Positions 1 to 12,925 of a stretch of DNA of 64,000 nucleotides are shown here, one piece after another. This DNA is from Octopus sinensis (Eukaryota). The position numbers and the translations under genes are program-made. The notes beneath the pieces are model-generated. The model was given only the letters and a program-made list of their open reading frames with translations. It was not told where the DNA came from and did not search any database. The stretch spans positions 62,001 to 126,000 of the forward strand of contig NW_021835992.1 in the NCBI RefSeq assembly GCF_006345805.1. The letters run 5' to 3'. How positions within the stretch are numbered: position 1 is the stretch's first letter; each line of letters starts with the position of its first letter.

Positions 1-2116
1 ACCAGAAAGCAATGTCAGGGTGCGAAAGAGCAGGCACTTATTAATCAATGCCTGAACAAGGAATATGGAAACAGTCTGTACTCTGCTTGGGTGGATGTAA
101 AGAAAGCCTTTGACTCGGTTGATCACCAATTTTTATTCCACATATTGGACAGCTCTGGAATTCCACTCTGGATTATTAACTTTGTGAAAAGTATAGTCAA
201 GAAGTGGAAAGTAAATCTACATCTTGATGGAAGGAAAATTGGTTCAGTAAAGCTAACCCGAGGAATTTTACAAGGAGATTCATTATCCCCATTGCTATTT
301 GTTATGGTAATGGATCCCCTAAGCAGGATCCTGAACTCTAAATTCCCCAAATTGCAAATTAATCAGGAGGATCTAAATATGTTGACATATTCTACCAATC
401 ACCTATTTTTTATTGACGATCTAAAGATATTTGCTCTTAAAGAGGACAGTGTTATTAAAATGATGGAAGCTGTTAAAGAATTTTTTGACATCGTTGGCCT
501 GGAGATGAACTCTGAAAAATCGGCCTCTAATGTCAAATCTTTATCATGCTGTGAGACTTTGGAAGGAATCAATGGATATCGCTATTTGGGCGTATTTGAA
601 GATGGAGGAAGTAATGTCCTCAAGAATAAAGTTATGAATTCAATAATGGAGAATGTAAAAAAAAGAATAACTATGTTGTCAAAAACAAAATTGAATTCGG
701 TGAACTTATTCTATGCCATAAATGAATATGCATTGTCCCTATATAATTATTATATTGGGCTAATTAATATTGAGCCATATGAATTTGATGACATTGATAA
801 ACAAATACGTCGACTGCTCATGACACTCAAGTTACATCTCCAGCCTGCAAATAAAGAAAGGCTGTATTTAGACCGCAAAACTTTTGGAAGAGGACTTGCC
901 TCTATCTCGTTCAAGAGCGAATTAATACTCATGCAATTCCTTAAAAGCTTGGAAAAACAGTCGGCTGTGTGTTTGCGAAGGTCGGGGATTCTGCGAGTTA
1001 TTAAAACAAAGAAATGGCATTTGGCTACAATCGCAGGATTTCTTACCTCTAAATACGCTATTGCTGACACAGAAAGCATAGATATTAATTCTCTCAAAGA
1101 CATTCAGAAAAAATATTTGCTAAACAAAATAAAGTCCAACTCACTACACTCTGTTATGTTCAAATGCCTGGATGAATCAAATGTCGATCTTTCTACTTCC
1201 TCAGAATGGTTAGCCAAAGGAAATAATGGCCCCCGAAGTGAAGCATTATACTGCCTTCTGCAAGATAGAAATTTGTTTTTTGCAAACACGAGGCCGTTAT
1301 GCAATCATTGTAAAAAAAGTAAACAAACTGTTGATCATCTGGCCACTCAGTGTGGTAAAATGCTCAATAGCGATTATCTCCGAAGACATGACGAGGTGGT
1401 TAAATGTGTCCATCTTCATATTTGTCGAATGTATGGAATCAAAAAGAACAGGAAATTAAAGACTCATTCAGTTCAGTCGATATTGTCAACTCAAAATGTA
1501 GAAATTAGAGTTGACACGTCAATTATAACAGAAAATAAAGTCAACTTCAATAAACCGGATATCTTTGTTTATGACAAGATTAAAAAGGAAATAACCTTAA
1601 TCGAGGTGGGCATAACATCTCAGGACCGCTTAAAACAAGTGGAAGTTGAGAAACTTCACAAATATGATTTCCTTGCAAATGAACTATCACTACTCTACGA
1701 ATGCCAAGTTAAAATTATTCTCGTGGTTCTGACCTGGGATGGTGTTGTCACAAGATGCTTCAAAAATTATATGGATAAACTATATATTGAAAAATCTACA
1801 ATGACATACATCCAATCGGTTGTGCTCAAAAGGACGCTAGAGAGCATGATAATTGAACACAAGCATGGAATGAAGATAACTGGCGAGGAATATGCCTCTG
1901 CGACCGATCAACTAGTAGAAATGGCATGCCGCCAGGACACTCCATTCAAAGATAAAAGACGCACAACAACTGACGCAGAGATAGAGAATGAAGAGGAACA
2001 AGCAGCAGACTCTTCTCCTAAAAGGAGAAGAGAGACTACCAATCAGGATTGAAAGGCCTAATTAAATATTTTAACCTTAATTAAATTTTGGTTTCGTAAA
2101 TAAACATTGACTGGTG
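1..2116 (+). mobile_element. R4-like non-LTR retrotransposon (RT + CCHC knuckle + restriction-like endonuclease), copy A, cut by window start
   Basis: ORF 91-2052 has RT motifs (DVKKAFDSV, QGDSLSP, FIDD), knuckle CNHC..DHLATQC, RHD.V and the RLE motif KPDI..LIEVGIT..KLHKY. Its translation is identical to that of 5301-7262 (period 5210 bp). It ends at the ttaccgattggt site, 2117-2128. Confidence 0.93.
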
Positions 2117-2344
2117 TTACCGATTGGTTGCTGTTTTCTCTACAGCAACTGAATTTAAGATTTTTTGCATATATTTTTGTGCAATATTTTCACATAATAT
2201 TTAAATTTGAAGAATTGTAAAAAAGCTAGCTAAATCTTTTTAAGCGATATCACATATTTTATCAAATTAGATAATTCTAAATCTATACCTGTTGTTTTAT
2301 TGACATTTTTGTATAGAATTTCGAAATTAATAAAATTTTTAAAA

Positions 2345-3290
2345 TTAATAGAGAATTAAAAAGTTTTTAAATGTTAAAGAAAGATTTTCGAAATCCGGTA
2401 ACAAAATTAAAATTTTTGAGATTAATTTTTTCCGTGAAATGCAATTTTTTTCTAATAATGCAAGATATTTGAATAGTATAGGCTCACAATCATTCACCTC
2501 GTCTGAATCTAAGAATATCATTAAAAATTTACAAAATTTGAAAAATAAAATAATTTTTAAATAGCAATATTCTTCTTTCGTAATATGTAAATCAGTAATA
2601 GCTTGATACAATTCTTTAAACTGTTTCAGTATGCTTAAGATCGGTCCATTGTTACAATTCATATTAACGTGAGTTTGTGGGAAAGAATTTTTCGAAATTT
2701 GACTAAAACAGCAGTTAGAAAAATGGAAATGAAAATAATTCTTGGAGACCTTTTCGACTCCTAAAAATAATTTTAAATATGATCCCACAATCTGGGCGAT
2801 CAGATTTTCATTTTGAACCAAAATTTCAATCCATTTTCTGGTCAAATTTAGAAAACAATTTTTTTAATTTGGCTTACAGAAGTTTTCATTAAAAAGCAAT
2901 TTAAACAGTTGAAGTCGAAATATTTCTAACAATTTCACGAATAAGTCAACCTGCAGTTCAGTTTCGTACGTAATAAACTGGCTTGGAAATATCTGTGTCT
3001 CATAAGATATTGAAAATGTATTTTTAATTTCTAAAGTTAATAAATTGAATAACCTTTTTTTGTCATTCCCATGTCTAAACATTTTTTTAGCCTACAAAAT
3101 CTGCAATTATTCCTTGTTTTGTATGTTAAAATACAATTTCCTTCAAATCTGCAAAAGAACATAGATTTATTGTTCATGTATCTTCTAATAATAAATTATA
3201 CAAGAATATACTGAAAAAAATTTTTGCACCCGTGACAACTTCGGACAGAATAGTTTGTTCCATTAGCTCTGGCTCCACAAATTTTACTTG
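2345..3290 (-). pseudogene. Nuclear receptor copy 1 (DBD+LBD), start codon and first Cys deleted
   Basis: Same sequence as copy 2 but lacks the segment equivalent to 8499-8583. Zinc finger 2 CRFEGNC..RNNCRFCRLKKCLDMGM and LBD helices (ITKEEYCYLKII, KILILLPDF) are present. Confidence 0.72.
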
Positions 3291-3702
3291 AAAAAAATAT
3301 GCTATTATATATTGTTTGATAATGATATCATAGATGGCTGACAATATTTGATATTGTATCTAATCAGATTAAAAATGTAGTTTCACTTCTCAAAAATCAG
3401 AAGAAAACGAAATAATTGATAAAAATATTTTACTAACTAAGTTTATCACAAATTGATGTTTGAGCACTTAGCTTCTTAGCAAATGAAATTAAAATTATTT
3501 TGATGTCTATTTTCTCAATTTAGTTTGATTGAACTTTGTCATTTTAAATGCGTGGAAAGTCTTTTTAGTCTCACGTTTAGGGTAAATAAATATGAGACTT
3601 TGCTAAGAGATCAGACAGATTGAATTCCAGTTTTACAGTTATATTTGTTGATTCTAGAAATACTATAACCGATTATTTATATTATTAATATTACCGATTG
3701 GT

Positions 3703-6700
3703 AAAAAAGAATTTTGTTGTTGTGGTGTTGTGCATGTCCGTTTTTATCAATAACAAGAAAACGAATCCCATGGGCCTTTCTGCAGAATCAAATAATAAAA
3801 ACAGTATAGTGGATGCAGGAGTGTTGTCTCTGGGGCTGGATAACGGCACAAGAACTAATATTAACAATAACCCTACAGTTGGAAGTCGTGCTGCACCAAC
3901 TAACTTTCATTCCATGTCCGCCATTATTAAGGATGTCAAGTGTGTCTCTGAGACTGAATGGGTGTCTCAGGTGTTCTATGCTATCAAAGAAAGATTTGGA
4001 AGGATGCCTAGAGGTGGCTGGGATCTCATTCTGAAAAAGTTCAATGAAAAATACTTAAAGTGCTCAAGTCTATATCAACTAAAAAAAATGGTCAAACCAC
4101 TAAATGGGAATCAAAATGTAGGGAAAAGAGGCGATTGTAGTGAAGGAAAATCTAACATGAATATTGAAATTTCTAACTTCAAGAATTGTCTTGAAGAACT
4201 CAAAGTCCAACTCGAAAGAATCAAATCTATTCCTAGAGAGTCTCGAAAACCTACCCCAAAAATCCAAAAAATAGAGTGAAAACTAATATTCTGTCTGGAT
4301 TGAATTCTGCAATTTATCGTATTACAGAAGATAATCCTCCACAAAATATGGATCAGATTACAGACATATTATATGCTGCACAGTGTGCTTATTTGGCCTT
4401 AACTATAAGACCAAAAACAAAAAGCACATGGTTGGAAAACACAGAAAACAAAATTTGGAAATTAGCAGCTGAAATTAAATTAGTGAATTCCTTTTCGAGA
4501 CAAGCATTACCTCAATCTGAAAAGAAAAATGTAATGGATATTCTTTGCCGCTACGGGTATAAAAAATCTAAAAAGGGAGAGCTAATGAGAATTGAGGCCT
4601 TAATGAATGACCTAATCAGAATTAAAGAGAAACAAATATCCATTTATAACTCGAGGAAAGAGTTCCGAAAAGACAATGCGTGCTTCGAATTAAACCGTAG
4701 AAGGTTTTACCGAAACTTATCGTCGAATAATGAAATAACCTTATATGGCTTTGATGATGATGACTGCTTGTTATTCTGGGAGAACGTCTGGAGAAAGAAA
4801 AATATGGATCACGTTTCGTATAATTGTGTGGATGTGAGGTCTACCGGTGGTGAACCTATGGAACCTCAATTCACAAATGAGTTGGTTAAAGATATGCTCA
4901 AATATGCGCCTGATTGGAAGGCGTGCGGATGCGATGGAACATATAACTTTTTCATCAAGAAAATAAATCATTACATGAATTCTTGTGTAATGAAGTAATC
5001 CGGATAATCAAGGGTGAGTACATGCCCGAGAGTTGGTTTTACACAGGATTAACTTACTTGATTCCAAAAAAGGATGATTGTGAGAATCCAAAGGATTTAC
5101 GTCCTATAACGTGTATGCCAACTTTGTACAAGCTTGTAACGAAGTGTGTGAATGTTAAACTCTCTGATTTTGTGGATGGATTTGGGCTGATTTCAGACAA
5201 TCAACTTGGAACCAGAAAGCAATGTCAGGGTGCGAAAGAGCAGGCACTTATTAATCAATGCCTGAACAAGGAATATGGAAACAGTCTGTACTCTGCTTGG
5301 GTGGATGTAAAGAAAGCCTTTGACTCGGTTGATCACCAATTTTTATTCCACATATTGGACAGCTCTGGAATTCCACTCTGGATTATTAACTTTGTGAAAA
5401 GTATAGTCAAGAAGTGGAAAGTAAATCTACATCTTGATGGAAGGAAAATTGGTTCAGTAAAGCTAACCCGAGGAATTTTACAAGGAGATTCATTATCCCC
5501 ATTGCTATTTGTTATGGTAATGGATCCCCTAAGCAGGATCCTGAACTCTAAATTCCCCAAATTGCAAATTAATCAGGAGGATCTAAATATGTTGACATAT
5601 TCTACCAATCACCTATTTTTTATTGACGATCTAAAGATATTTGCTCTTAAAGAGGACAGTGTTATTAAAATGATGGAAGCTGTTAAAGAATTTTTTGACA
5701 TCGTTGGCCTGGAGATGAACTCTGAAAAATCGGCCTCTAATGTCAAATCTTTATCATGCTGTGAGACTTTGGAAGGAATCAATGGATATCGCTATTTGGG
5801 CGTATTTGAAGATGGAGGAAGTAATGTCCTCAAGAATAAAGTTATGAATTCAATAATGGAGAATGTAAAAAAAAGAATAACTATGTTGTCAAAAACAAAA
5901 TTGAATTCGGTGAACTTATTCTATGCCATAAATGAATATGCATTGTCCCTATATAATTATTATATTGGGCTAATTAATATTGAGCCATATGAATTTGATG
6001 ACATTGATAAACAAATACGTCGACTGCTCATGACACTCAAGTTACATCTCCAGCCTGCAAATAAAGAAAGGCTGTATTTAGACCGCAAAACTTTTGGAAG
6101 AGGACTTGCCTCTATCTCGTTCAAGAGCGAATTAATACTCATGCAATTCCTTAAAAGCTTGGAAAAACAGTCGGCTGTGTGTTTGCGAAGGTCGGGGATT
6201 CTGCGAGTTATTAAAACAAAGAAATGGCATTTGGCTACAATCGCAGGATTTCTTACCTCTAAATACGCTATTGCTGACACAGAAAGCATAGATATTAATT
6301 CTCTCAAAGACATTCAGAAAAAATATTTGCTAAACAAAATAAAGTCCAACTCACTACACTCTGTTATGTTCAAATGCCTGGATGAATCAAATGTCGATCT
6401 TTCTACTTCCTCAGAATGGTTAGCCAAAGGAAATAATGGCCCCCGAAGTGAAGCATTATACTGCCTTCTGCAAGATAGAAATTTGTTTTTTGCAAACACG
6501 AGGCCGTTATGCAATCATTGTAAAAAAAGTAAACAAACTGTTGATCATCTGGCCACTCAGTGTGGTAAAATGCTCAATAGCGATTATCTCCGAAGACATG
6601 ACGAGGTGGTTAAATGTGTCCATCTTCATATTTGTCGAATGTATGGAATCAAAAAGAACAGGAAATTAAAGACTCATTCAGTTCAGTCGATATTGTCAAC

Positions 6701-7326
6701 TCAAAATGTAGAAATTAGAGTTGACACGTCAATTATAACAGAAAATAAAGTCAACTTCAATAAACCGGATATCTTTGTTTATGACAAGATTAAAAAGGAA
6801 ATAACCTTAATCGAGGTGGGCATAACATCTCAGGACCGCTTAAAACAAGTGGAAGTTGAGAAACTTCACAAATATGATTTCCTTGCAAATGAACTATCAC
6901 TACTCTACGAATGCCAAGTTAAAATTATTCTCGTGGTTCTGACCTGGGATGGTGTTGTCACAAGATGCTTCAAAAATTATATGGATAAACTATATATTGA
7001 AAAATCTACAATGACATACATCCAATCGGTTGTGCTCAAAAGGACGCTAGAGAGCATGATAATTGAACACAAGCATGGAATGAAGATAACTGGCGAGGAA
7101 TATGCCTCTGCGACCGATCAACTAGTAGAAATGGCATGCCGCCAGGACACTCCATTCAAAGATAAAAGACGCACAACAACTGACGCAGAGATAGAGAATG
7201 AAGAGGAACAAGCAGCAGACTCTTCTCCTAAAAGGAGAAGAGAGACTACCAATCAGGATTGAAAGGCCTAATTAAATATTTTAACCTTAATTAAATTTTG
7301 GTTTCGTAAATAAACATTGACTGGTG
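3703..7326 (+). mobile_element. Full-length R4-like RT/RLE retrotransposon, copy B, with 12-bp target-site duplication
   Basis: Flanked by ttaccgattggt at 3691-3702 and 7327-7338; the uninterrupted site is at 8989-9000. Three overlapping ORFs (3698-4279, 4276-4998, 4983-7262) join into one polyprotein by single-base shifts at A-rich runs. Confidence 0.93.
3734..7262 (+). CDS. RT-zinc knuckle-RLE polyprotein (~1170 aa if two single-base shifts are corrected)
   Basis: APDWKACGCDG, LRPITCMPTLYK, QLG, KAFDSV, QGDSLSP, FIDD, CCHC, PD..E..K motifs. Colinear with the second family member at 43584-46656. Confidence 0.85.
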
Positions 7327-7555
7327 TTACCGATTGGTTGCTGTTTTCTCTACAGCAACTGAATTTAAGATTTTTTGCATATATTTTTTGTGCAATATTT
7401 TCACATAATATTTAAATTTGAAGAATTGTAAAAAAGCTAGCTAAATCTTTTTAAGCGATATCACATATTTTATCAAATTAGATAATTCTAAATCTATACC
7501 TGTTGTTTTATTGACATTTTTGTATAGAATTTCGAAATTAATAAAATTTTTAAAA

Positions 7556-8508
7556 TTAATAGAGAATTAAAAAGTTTTTAAATGTTAAAGAAAGATTTTC
7601 GAAATCCGGTAACAAAATTAAAATTTTTGAGATTAATTTTTTCCGTGAAATGCAATTTTTTTCTAATAATGCAAGATATTTGAATAGTATAGGCTCACAA
7701 TCATTCACCTCGTCTGAATCTAAGAATATCATTAAAAATTTACAAATTTTGAAAAATAAATAATTTTTAAATAGCAATATTCTTCTTTCGTACTATGTAA
7801 ATCAGTAATAGCTTGATACAATTCTTTAAACTGTTTCAGTATGCTTAAGATCGGTCCATTGTTACAATTCATATTAACGTGAGTTTGTGGGAAAGAATTT
7901 TTCGAAATTTGACTCAAACAGCAGTTAGAAAAATGGAAATGAAAATAATTCTTGGAGACCTTTTCGACGTCCTAAAAATAATTTTAAATATGATCCCACA
8001 ATCTGGGCGATCAGATTTTCATTTTGAACCAAAATTTCAATCCATTTTCTGGTCAAATTTAGAAAACAATTTTTTTTAATTTGGCTTACAGAAGTTTTCA
8101 TTAAAAAGCAATTTAAACAGTTGAAGTCGAAATATTTCTAACAATTTCACGAATAAGTCAACCTGCAGTTCAGTTTCGTACGTAATAAACTGGCTTGGAA
8201 ATATCTGTGTCTCATAAGATATTGAAAATGTATTTTTAATTTCTAAAGTTAATAAATTGAATAACCTTTTTTTGTCATTCCCATGTCTAAACATTTTTTT
8301 AGCCTACAAAATCTGCAATTATTCCTTGTTTTGTATGTTAAAATACAATTTCCTTCAAATCTGCAAAAGAACATAGATTTATTGTTCATGTATCTTCTAA
8401 TAATAAATTATACAAGAATATACTGAAAAAATTTTTGCACCCGTGACAACTTCGGACAGAATAGTTTGTTCCATTAGCTCTGGCTCCACAAATTTTACAT
8501 GAATTCAT
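7556..8508 (-). CDS. Compact nuclear hormone receptor, copy 2 (two C4 zinc fingers + LBD), mini-introns
   Basis: Manual translation: MNSCKICGARANGTNYSVRSCHGCKNFF(R)RYMNNKSMFFCRFEGNCILTYKTRNNCRFCRLKKCLDMGMTKK, then LBD-like helices. The first donor site appears one G short, so this is either a sequence error or a lesion. Confidence 0.8.
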
Positions 8509-9215
8509 TTTGATTATAGAGCACATTAAATTAAATTTATTTATAGACGAATATTATTAGAATTTGTTGAAATGAATCTCGATTTGAAAAAAATATGCTA
8601 TTATATATTGTTTGATAATGATATCATAGATGGCTGACAATATTTGATATTGTATCTAATCAGATTAAAAATGTAGTTTCACTTCTCAAAAATCAGAAGA
8701 AAACGAAATAATTGATAAAAATATTTTACTAACTAAGTTTATCACAAATTGAAAGTTTGAGCACTTAGCTTCTTAGCAAATGAAATTAAAATTATTTTGA
8801 TGTCTATTTTCTCAATTTAGTTTGATTGAACTTTGTCGTTTTAAATACGTGGAAAGTCTTTTTAGTCTCACGTTTAGGGTAAATAAATATGAGACTTTGC
8901 TAAGAGATCAGACAGATTGAATTCCAGTTTTACAGTTATATTTGTTGATTCTAGAAATACTATAACCGATTATTTATATCTATTAATATTACCGATTGGT
9001 TGCTGTTTTCTCTACAGCAACTGAATTTAAGATTTTTTGCATATATTTTTGTGCAATATTTTCACATAATATTTAAATTTAAAGAATTGTAAAAAAGCTA
9101 GCTAAATCTTTTTAAGCGATATCACATATTTTATCAAATTAGATAATTCTAAATCTATACCTGTTGTTTTATTGACATTTTTGTATAGAATTTCGAAATT
9201 AATAAATTTTTAAAA

Positions 9216-9877
9216 TTAATAGAGAATTAAAAAGTTTTTAAATGTTAAAGAAAGATTTTCGAAATCCGGTAACAAAATTAAAATTTTTGAGATTAATTTT
9301 TTCCGTGAAATGCAATTTTTTTCTAATAATGCAAGATATTTGAATAGTATAGGCTCACAATCATTCACCTCGTCTGAATCTAAGAATATCATTAAAAATT
9401 TACAAAATTTGAAAAATAAAATAATTTTTAAATAGCAATATTCTTCTTTCGTAATATGTAAATCAGTAATAGCTTGATACAATTCTTTAAACTGTTTCAG
9501 TATGCTTAAGATCGGTCCATTGTTACAATTCATATTAACGTGAGTTTGTGGGAAAGAATTTTCGAAATTTGACTCAAACAGCAGTTAGAAAAATGGAAAT
9601 GAAAATAATTCTTGGAGACCTTTTCGACGTCCTAAAAATAATTTTAAATATGATCCCACAATCTGGGCGATCAGATTTTCATTTTGAACCAAAATTTCAA
9701 TCCATTTTCTGGTCAAATTTAGAAAACAATTTTTTTTAATTTGGCTTACAGAAGTTTTCATTAAAAAGCAATTTAAACAGTTGAAGTCGAAATATTTCTA
9801 ACAATTTCACGAATAAGTCAACCTGCAGTTCAGTTTCGTACGTAATAAACTGGCTTGGAAATATCTGTACCTCATAA
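9216..9877 (-). pseudogene. Nuclear receptor copy 3, LBD part only
   Basis: ORF 9216-9533 matches the LBD of the other copies. The upstream part is replaced by unrelated hAT-like sequence. Confidence 0.7.
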
Positions 9878-10215
9878 CTTATGATGTTATCATTTTTAAA
9901 TTTTCTATCCTTCTCCAACATCATTTGAAGCATAGAAAAACTTCTTTCAATGGAAATAGTTGTTGCTGGACATTTCCATAATATCGAACAAATTTCTGAA
10001 CAATTATCAATCTTAGCAGTATAAATTTCTTTTAATCGATTTTTATCTATTCTTTTACGGAAATATTTAGATATTCCACATGGATCATCCCCAAAATTTA
10101 TCACAATAATAAATTTAACGGCATTCTCAATGGTAAAAACAGTTTCTTGGCATTGATGTAATCCATCTAATATGTCACTATAACATGATTTTATCAATGC
10201 AAGGTTTCTTTCCAA
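9878..10215 (-). mobile_element. hAT-like transposase C-terminal fragment
   Basis: CPATTISIERSFSML..LEKDR resembles the hAT dimerization-domain motif P.TS..ERSFS. Confidence 0.5.
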
Positions 10216-10352
10216 ATTAATTGAATCTAAAGCAGTTTTTTTACTTTATCCAAGACAGGGGTGCGCAAGTGCGGCCGTGAGTCGATGAATGTGCGGCCGT
10301 GGGCACAATTAGGTCATCGAGCAACTAATCTTAATAATAAAATGGTATGGTG

Positions 10353-10392
10353 TGTGTCTGTCTGTCTGTCTGTGTGTCTGTCTGTCTGTCTG
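10353..10392. repeat. (GTCT)n microsatellite near the Helitron 5' end
   Basis: gtgtgtgtctgtctgtctgtctgtgtgtctgtctgtctgtctgt. Confidence 0.9.
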
Positions 10393-10569
10393 TGCACACC
10401 CACATTCAAATTGTTACAAACCAGATCAAATTGTCAAAACCTTCCCTTTTGTAGTTATTCGATAATGAGGCACAATAAAGGTTGATATCCTCTAAGAACC
10501 TTCCTGTCAAAAAATTTTAATAAGAAAGAATATCCTCGATGATGAGGTCCCCCAAAACCTTCAAGTCAA

Positions 10570-11410
10570 TTTTCTGCGTTTTGTTAAAATGAACAACAAG
10601 AAAGTCCTCGACTCACATGATGTGGTCCCCCAAAACCTTCAAGCCAAAAAATTAAAAAAAATTATTTTCTGCGTTTTGTTAAAATGAACAACAAGAAAGT
10701 CCTCGACTCACATGATGTGGTCCCCCAAAACTTTCAAGCCAAAAAATTAAAAAAAATTATTTTCTGCGTTTTTGTTAAAATGAACAACAAGAAAGTCCTC
10801 GACTCACATGATGTGGTCCCCCAAAACCTTCAAGCCAAAAAATTAAAAAAAATTATTTGCTGCGTTTTTGTTAAAATGAACAACAAGAAAGTCCTCGACT
10901 CACATGATGTGGTCCCCCAAAACCTTCAAGCCAAAAAATTAAAAAAATTATTTTCTGCGTTTTTGTTAAAATGAACAACAAGAAAGTCCTCGACTCACAT
11001 GATGTGGTCCCCCAAAACCTTCAAGCCAAAAAATTAAAAAAATTATTTTCTGCGTTTTTGTTAAAATGAACAACAAGAAAGTCCTCGACTCACATGATGT
11101 GGTCCCCCAAAACCTTCAAGCCAAAAAATTAAAAAAAAATTATTTTCTGCGTTTTTGTTAAAATGAACAACAAGAAAGTCCTCGACTCACATGATGTGGT
11201 CCCTCAAAACCTTCAAGCCAAAAAATTTAAAAAAATTATTTTCTGCGTTTTTGTTAAATGAACAACAAGAAAGTCCTCGACTCACATGATGTGGTCCCCC
11301 AAACCTTCAAGCCCAAAAATTAAAAAAAAATATTTTCTGCGTTTTTGTTAAAATGAACGACAAGAAAGTCCTCGACTCACATGATGAGGTCCTCCACAAC
11401 CTTCAAGCCT
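10570..11410. repeat. Tandem array, nine copies of a 95-97 bp unit
   Basis: The atgaac(a/g)acaagaaagtcctcgactcacatgatg unit starts at about 10589, 10684, 10780, 10876, 10971, 11066, 11163, 11258 and 11353. Differences are mostly homopolymer lengths. Confidence 0.95.
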
Positions 11411-12119
11411 CGTGAGGCCATTAATTAGCTTAGCTATCTTTTTTCGATGACATAAATTCTTTTTGTTAAATTTTCGTTAAAAAAATAAAATAAAAGCTCT
11501 AATTGTTATCGACCATGAATAGACTGTGCAATTATCAGATTTTGAAAACCACTAAAAAGGAAAAAGCAAAAATTATTAGAGATTTACATAATTGATTCTT
11601 TTTAACTGCCGAAACTGACAAATTCGATTATGCTACTGTTTAGATTTCTTAAAAGATAGAGGCAAATAAAATTTAAATTAGTCATGTAAATTTCAATTTG
11701 CCTATATTTAAATCTCCTTGATTTAACAGGCTTTAATTTTTTTCCTTATAATACTACAAAGATGAAGCTGATTATCATTTTCTTTACCGAAACAGACAAG
11801 TTCGATTATGCTAAAGTTTCAATTCCTTTAAACATAGAGGCAATTAAGTATAATGGCTTTGATTGGATAATACACTTTACATAAATTTCACTAAATAAAT
11901 TTACGTAGAAAATTTAATATAAATTACTGATTCGCGTTTACAAAATCATAAGAATGTCCTATAAAGAGAGATCTGAGAATGTTAACAAACAAGAGAATAT
12001 GAACCATATAACAAAAAAAGAGAAACGAGGGAAGATGTGCTTAAATGGTGAGGGAACTTAGACAACAGCTGAACAAGGTCAGGACTGCTGTTAGACTCAA
12101 CTACGGGTAATAGAATTAT

Positions 12120-12925
12120 GCATTCTAGGTTAATTGTTTGGGATGAATGTACGATGGCTCATAAAGGCGCATTCAAGCAGTTGACCGAACATATAGAGAT
12201 ATCAAGAATTGTAGCGACCATTTGTTTGAAGGAGCATTAGTTGTATTGGCAGGTGATTTTAGACAGACGCTGCCAATTATTCAAAGAGGGACGCCTGCGG
12301 ATGAATGAATGCCTGCCTCAAATCGTCATATTTGTGGACACACGTGAAAAAGGTAAGCTTAGATGTAAATGTACATGCACATTTACAAGGCGTTAATAGC
12401 ATATTCCCACAAATCCTTCTAGATATTGGAAATGGGGCAATCACTTCAGAAATGCACGACCAGAAAATTAGGCTACCGGAAGAATTATGTATTTTCGTAG
12501 AAACAGCAGAAGAATTATTGAATGCCGTCTATTCCGAACTATCTGAACACTACGTGAATTTCGACTGGCTGCGTGAACGAGCTATATTAGCTCCACTTAA
12601 TGATGAGGTACTTAATATAAATTTAGATTTATTAATGAAAATCCCTGGCAGAGAAAGAATATATAAATCGGTCGACGTTATTATGGACCATGAAAGGGCC
12701 TGCGATAGATTTAAGAGACTACAATTTCCGCTGAAGATAAGTTTTGCTATGACAATAAACAAGGCCCAGGGACAGTCTTTAAAGGTAGTAGGCTTATTTT
12801 TAGAGAACGAGTGCTTTTCACATGGCCAGCTGTATGTGGGGTGCTCAAGGGTAGGTAGAAGAGAAATTTATTTATATTTGCCAAGGATGGACGGACTGCA
12901 AACATCGTTTATCCACAGGCCTTAG
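12120..12925 (+). pseudogene. Helitron Pif1-type helicase, degenerate and internally deleted
   Basis: [67 protein letters not shown]. Confidence 0.88.

Larger units (their letters stand above)
2117..9877. repeat. Tandem array of a ~1.66-kb unit carrying a nuclear receptor gene (3 units, third partial)
   Basis: The block starting ttaccgattggttgctgttttctc recurs at 2117, 7327 and 8989. Unit 2 is 1662 bp. Unit 1 has an ~85-bp deletion. Unit 3 stops near 9877. Confidence 0.9.

Noticed and set aside
123-6669. Short antisense/overlapping ORFs within the RT genes, and likewise those overlapping INO1, POU and the CRE ORF
   Set aside because: They are shadows of real coding strands with no recognisable domains.
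10570-11410. CRISPR array
   Set aside because: The whole 96-bp unit is repeated with no unique spacers, there are no cas genes, and the context is eukaryotic.
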